The notes beneath the pieces are model-generated. The model searched no databases and had not been told where the DNA came from. It was given only the letters and a program-made list of their open reading frames with translations. Source: Candidatus Saccharimonadota bacterium (GTDB lineage: Bacteria; Bacteroidota; Bacteroidia; Flavobacteriales; Blattabacteriaceae). From it: a stretch of DNA of 32,000 bases. Shown one piece after another: positions 28,417 through 32,000 of the stretch (the first letter of the stretch is position 1; every line of letters begins with the position of its first letter). Both the position numbers and the translations under genes were made by a program. Location: the NCBI RefSeq assembly GCF_014252415.1, contig NZ_CP059223.1, positions 330,001 through 362,000 on the forward strand. Direction: 5' to 3'.

Positions 28417-28851
28417 ATGTATCGAAATACGTTATCAATTATTATAGGATTGCTGATTAGTATATTCGAGATGATTTTTTTTATTTTTAAAGGAAAAAAA
28501 TTTTTTATAGAAATCAAATTTATACCAATAAAAAATATTAATTTAATTTTTTCTAATTGTTCTAATAAATTTTTATTTATAATAATTATATTTTATACTA
28601 TTAGTATTTTTTCTGGATCCATAATAACTTCTATGCTTGTTAAAAAAGCAAAAGAAGCTTATGGGATCTTAATAAGATATATATTAATTACAATAAGTAT
28701 ATTTTTTATTATATTTTATCCATTTCCATTATGGTTTAAAATCACATCATTTCCAATATTTTTAATATTATATAATATTATCGGATTAATTAACCAATTA
28801 TTAATAAATAAGCGTAACCAAAAATATATCCAAAAAAAGCAATCCAACTAA
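28417..28851 (+). CDS. hypothetical small integral membrane protein (144 aa)
   Basis: 144 stop-free codons in stop-prone A+T-rich DNA, with about four hydrophobic segments and a basic C-terminal tail. I recognise no family. The last 62 nt run antisense to the nhaD 3' end. Confidence 0.45.
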   Translation: MYRNTLSIIIGLLISIFEMIFFIFKGKKFFIEIKFIPIKNINLIFSNCSNKFLFIIIIFYTISIFSGSIITSMLVKKAKEAYGILIRYILITISIFFIIFYPFPLWFKITSFPIFLILYNIIGLINQLLINKRNQKYIQKKQSN

Positions 28852-30049
28852 TATTTTTTAAATACCATATAAAATCTATTTTTTCTATTCCCATTGCAGC
28901 TACTCCTGACGCAGATCCTATTAGTAATAAACTTCCCCCAGTTCCAGATACATAAGCTATAAAATACCATAAATTATGATTAATTGAATAGTTAGAAAAC
29001 ATCGAAATAGTAGCAGCTACTAAAGGAACATTGTCTATAATAGAAGATATAAGACCTAATATAAATGTAGTAATTTTCCATGTATTAACAGAATTATTTA
29101 TCCACATTGACAAATGATATAATAATCCTAATGATTCTAAAGAAGAAACAGATAATAATATTCCAAAAAAAAATAAAATACTAGACAAATCTAGTTTCTT
29201 AAAAATTTCTTCTATACGATTATTAAATTTTTTTTTGAAATTAATCGTACAAATCAAAAATAGGATTACAAGAGACAACATTATTCCCATGTATGGAGGT
29301 ATTCCTATTATATTTTTATAAATAGGAACAAGTAGCATTAATACTAATCCTAATTTTAACATAAAAAAACCCATTTTAAGGTCATTTTTTGATAATTTTT
29401 TTTTTCTTAACTGAATAGATCCATTAAAAACTGAAAAATAAGAAATGATCAATGTTGAACTAACCATACATATTATAGATGGGATAAATACTTTTTTTAT
29501 AAGAAACATTGTAGTAACTTTTTTAGATATCCATAACATAGTTGTTGTTATATCTCCGATTGGAGACCAAACCCCACCTGCATTTGCAGATATAATAACT
29601 AAACCAATATAATATAAACGTTCTTTATAGTTATAAATAGTCTTTTTTAGAAGAGAAATTAATACTATAGTTGCTGTTAAGTTATCTATTATTGCAGATA
29701 ATAAAAAAGATGCAATACTTAATTTCCATAAAAAATTACGTTTTGTATTTGAAATAAATAATTCTTTTAAAGATTCAAATCCAAAAAATTCATCTATTAT
29801 AGCTATAATAGACATAGCACCAATAAGAAAAAATAAAATTTCCGAAGTTTTTCCTAAATGAATTGATAGTAAATAATGGGGATTTTTTTTTACTAAAAAA
29901 TTGTTTAACTCATAAACTGGTATATTAAAAAATATAATTATTGACCAACAAATAATAGACATTAGAATTGATGGAATAATCTTATTTATGGAAATAATAT
30001 TTCCGAATGCAATAAATAAATATCCAAAAATAAATACTAAAATTACCAT
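28790..30049 (-). CDS. nhaD: NhaD-type Na+/H+ antiporter (ion transporter superfamily)
   Basis: 419 aa polytopic protein. The blocks SAIIDNLTATIVLISL and ISANAGGVWSPIGDITTTMLW match, from memory, the NhaD signature. Confidence 0.72.
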   Translation of the reverse strand: MVILVFIFGYLFIAFGNIISINKIIPSILMSIICWSIIIFFNIPVYELNNFLVKKNPHYLLSIHLGKTSEILFFLIGAMSIIAIIDEFFGFESLKELFISNTKRNFLWKLSIASFLLSAIIDNLTATIVLISLLKKTIYNYKERLYYIGLVIISANAGGVWSPIGDITTTMLWISKKVTTMFLIKKVFIPSIICMVSSTLIISYFSVFNGSIQLRKKKLSKNDLKMGFFMLKLGLVLMLLVPIYKNIIGIPPYMGIMLSLVILFLICTINFKKKFNNRIEEIFKKLDLSSILFFFGILLSVSSLESLGLLYHLSMWINNSVNTWKITTFILGLISSIIDNVPLVAATISMFSNYSINHNLWYFIAYVSGTGGSLLLIGSASGVAAMGIEKIDFIWYLKNISWIAFFGYIFGYAYLLIIG

Positions 30050-30068
30050 TTATTTATTAAATAATGGA

Positions 30069-31361
30069 TTAATTAATTTCTCCCCATTTTGGATGATATG
30101 AATTTTTACCTAAATATTCTTCAATTCTCAATAATTCATTATATTTCGATGTTCGTTCTGAACGACATATAGATCCTGTTTTTATTTGTCCAATATTAAA
30201 TGCTACACATAAATTTGATATAAAAGTATCTTCTGTTTCTCCAGATCTATGAGAAATTATATTTTTATATTTATTTGATTTTGCAAAATTTATTGTATCG
30301 ATTGTTTCTGTTAATGTACCTACTTGATTTAATTTTATTAAAATAGAATTAGCAATTTTTTTTTCTATTCCTATTTTTAACTTATTTACTTGAGTAACAA
30401 ATAAATCATCTCCAACTAATTGTATTTGATCTCCTATTTCATTTGTTAACATTTTCCAACCTTTCCAATCATTTTGATCCATACCATCTTCAATAGAAAT
30501 AATAGGATATTTATTAACTAAAAACGATAAATATTGTACATGTTCCTCTCTAGATTTTATATAAGATGTTTCTGTTTTATTCTCAAATTTAGAATAATTA
30601 TATTGATTATTTTCATAAAATTCTGATGCAGCACAATCTATTGCTATTCCAATATCATCATAAGGTTCATATCCTGAGGTATATATAGCATCTAATATAT
30701 GATCTAAAACTAATTCCGATCCTTTAATATTAGGAGTAAAACCACCTTCATCTCCTAAACTAGTAGATAAACCTTTTTTATTAAAAATATATTTTAATTG
30801 ATAAAAAATTTTATGAATAATTTGTAATGAATCTATTAAATTTTCCCCTTTAGTTGGTACTAACATAAATTCTTGAAAAGCAATAGATGCGTTAGAATGT
30901 TTTCCCCCATTTATTATATTTACTAACGGTATTGGTAATGAATGAGCATATAATCCACCTATATATTTATAAATAGGAATATTCAATTCAATAGCAGCTG
31001 CTTTTGCAGCTGCTATTGAAACAGCTAATATGGAATTAGCTCCTAATTTTTTTTTATTATTAGTACCATCAAGACTTAACATTAAGTTATCAATATTTAT
31101 TTGATCTAATACAGATTTTCCTATTAATTCTGGAGAAATAATATTTACAATATTATATATAGACTTCATTACACTTTTTCCTAAAAAAAAATTATTATCT
31201 TTATCACGCAATTCAATTGCTTCATTTATTCCTTTAGACACACCTGATGGTATTGACGCTCTACCTATTACATTATTTTTTGTTATTAAATCTACTTCTA
31301 CTGTAGGATTACCTCTAGAATCTAATATTTGTCTTGCTTTAATAGATTTTATATAAGTCAT
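30069..31361 (-). CDS. eno: enolase (phosphopyruvate hydratase)
   Basis: 430 aa with IKARQILDSRGNPTVEVD, GDEGGF, VGDDLFVTQ and SHRSGETEDTFISNL. Its start overlaps the rplQ stop (ATGA). Confidence 0.96.
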   Translation of the reverse strand: MTYIKSIKARQILDSRGNPTVEVDLITKNNVIGRASIPSGVSKGINEAIELRDKDNNFFLGKSVMKSIYNIVNIISPELIGKSVLDQINIDNLMLSLDGTNNKKKLGANSILAVSIAAAKAAAIELNIPIYKYIGGLYAHSLPIPLVNIINGGKHSNASIAFQEFMLVPTKGENLIDSLQIIHKIFYQLKYIFNKKGLSTSLGDEGGFTPNIKGSELVLDHILDAIYTSGYEPYDDIGIAIDCAASEFYENNQYNYSKFENKTETSYIKSREEHVQYLSFLVNKYPIISIEDGMDQNDWKGWKMLTNEIGDQIQLVGDDLFVTQVNKLKIGIEKKIANSILIKLNQVGTLTETIDTINFAKSNKYKNIISHRSGETEDTFISNLCVAFNIGQIKTGSICRSERTSKYNELLRIEEYLGKNSYHPKWGEIN

Positions 31362-31789
31362 TTTTTTATTTTTTTCTTTTTACTTCTTCTTACACTTTTA
31401 AACTTCTTTTTAGTATGAAAAAAAGAAGTTGTATTAAAATCTACTAATTCAATAAATGAAATAGGAGATTGATCTCCATAACGAAATCCTACTTTTAATA
31501 TTCTTGTATATCCACCTAAGCGTTCTCTTACTTTTTTAAATGAATCTTTAAATAATTCAAAAACTGCTTTTTTATCTCTTAAATAAGAAAATATAATTCT
31601 TCTAGAATGAACAGTATTAATTTTTGATTTAGTTATAATTGGTTCAATATATTTTCTTAATTCTTTTGCTTTTGCTAAACTTGTAAATATCCTTTTTTCT
31701 TTTATTAAAGAAGATGCCATATTAGATAAAATAGATTTTCTATGTCCGTATTTTCTACTTAATGGATTATTTTTTTTTCCATGATTCAT
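31358..31789 (-). CDS. rplQ: 50S ribosomal protein L17
   Basis: 143 aa with LSRKYGHRKSILSNMASSLIKEKRIFTSLAKAKELRKYIEPIITKSK and GGYTRILK, plus a Lys-rich C-terminal tail. Confidence 0.93.
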   Translation of the reverse strand: MNHGKKNNPLSRKYGHRKSILSNMASSLIKEKRIFTSLAKAKELRKYIEPIITKSKINTVHSRRIIFSYLRDKKAVFELFKDSFKKVRERLGGYTRILKVGFRYGDQSPISFIELVDFNTTSFFHTKKKFKSVRRSKKKKIKK

Positions 31790-31807
31790 AATTATAAATG
31801 ATTTTAA

Positions 31808-32000
31808 TTATTTTTTATTTTCATTTATTTTATATTCTGATGTCTTCATTCCAAATGATAAACCTTTTTCTTTCATTTTTATTTCTAATTCTTCTAAAGA
31901 TTTTTTACCGAAATTTCTCATTTTTAACATAGAACTTCTATTACAATTTACTAATTCTTCTATAGTATTTATAGATGCTGATTTTAAACAATTTTTTGTA
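31808..32000 (-). CDS. rpoA: DNA-directed RNA polymerase alpha subunit, C-terminal part (5' end outside window)
   Basis: My translation of the minus strand gives ...KSASINTIEELVNCNRSSMLKMRNFGKKSLEELEIKMKEKGLSFGMKTSEYKINENKK-stop (TAA at 31808-31810). This is the alpha-CTD helix-hairpin-helix block, in the expected position upstream of rplQ. Confidence 0.85.
   Translation of the reverse strand, partial: TKNCLKSASINTIEELVNCNRSSMLKMRNFGKKSLEELEIKMKEKGLSFGMKTSEYKINENKK

Noticed and set aside
1-32000. Whole-window search for mobile elements, CRISPR repeats, toxin-antitoxin, restriction-modification or other defence genes, prophage remnants, compositional islands, or long direct or tandem repeats.
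   Set aside because: None was seen. Every ORF of 100 aa or more except two is a recognisable housekeeping gene. The only GC-enriched patches are the two tRNAs. Short repeats such as AAAAAATTAGT (twice, around 16122 and 16173) and GATTTTAGATTTTA (in menC) are within chance expectation for this composition.

Overview
This window looks like part of a strongly reduced, extremely A+T-rich bacterial chromosome. Lines I counted by hand carry about 10-11 G/C per 60 nt. Several signals point to a Flavobacteriales (Bacteroidota) insect endosymbiont with Blattabacterium-like content:
- a eukaryote-like NADP-IDH
- Cys-free TopA C-terminal repeats
- a short GT5-like protein beside glmS
- a HemD-family protein and an NhaD antiporter
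- no Shine-Dalgarno motifs ahead of starts
- Lys/Ile/Asn/Phe-biased proteins

That taxon call is inference; no search was run.

Coding density is very high. I call 31 protein genes as 32 ORF units, because menC is split; rpoA is cut by the window end. There are also tRNA-Asn(GTT) and tRNA-Cys(GCA). All functions are housekeeping:
- Information processing: queA, topA, rsmI, rnr, rplQ, rpoA.
- Isoprenoid and menaquinone: ispB, and menB-menA-(MBL hydrolase)-menC-menE.
- Central carbon: rpiB, pgk, icd, eno.
- Amino acid and sulfur: asd, cysE-cysK-cysJ.
- Envelope: glmS, PBP1A.
- Cofactors and other: gmk, folB, coaD, sod, nhaD.

I found no mobile element, CRISPR array, restriction, toxin-antitoxin or defence gene, prophage or compositional island. 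I do not think the window holds a novel multi-gene system.

Points worth a second look:
1. menC is broken exactly at an in-phase A_AAA_AAG / A9 tract. A -1 ribosomal slip or one extra transcribed A would restore a full-length enzyme.
2. A UPF0173 metallo-beta-lactamase-fold hydrolase sits inside the men operon and could cover an unassigned hydrolase step.
3. A 556-bp non-coding spacer lies upstream of PBP1A in an otherwise gap-free region.
4. Three unexplained retained proteins remain: a 140-aa orphan, a GT5-like half protein lacking KTGGL, and a 144-aa membrane ORF.
5. In-frame A10-A12 homopolymers are frequent inside essential genes.
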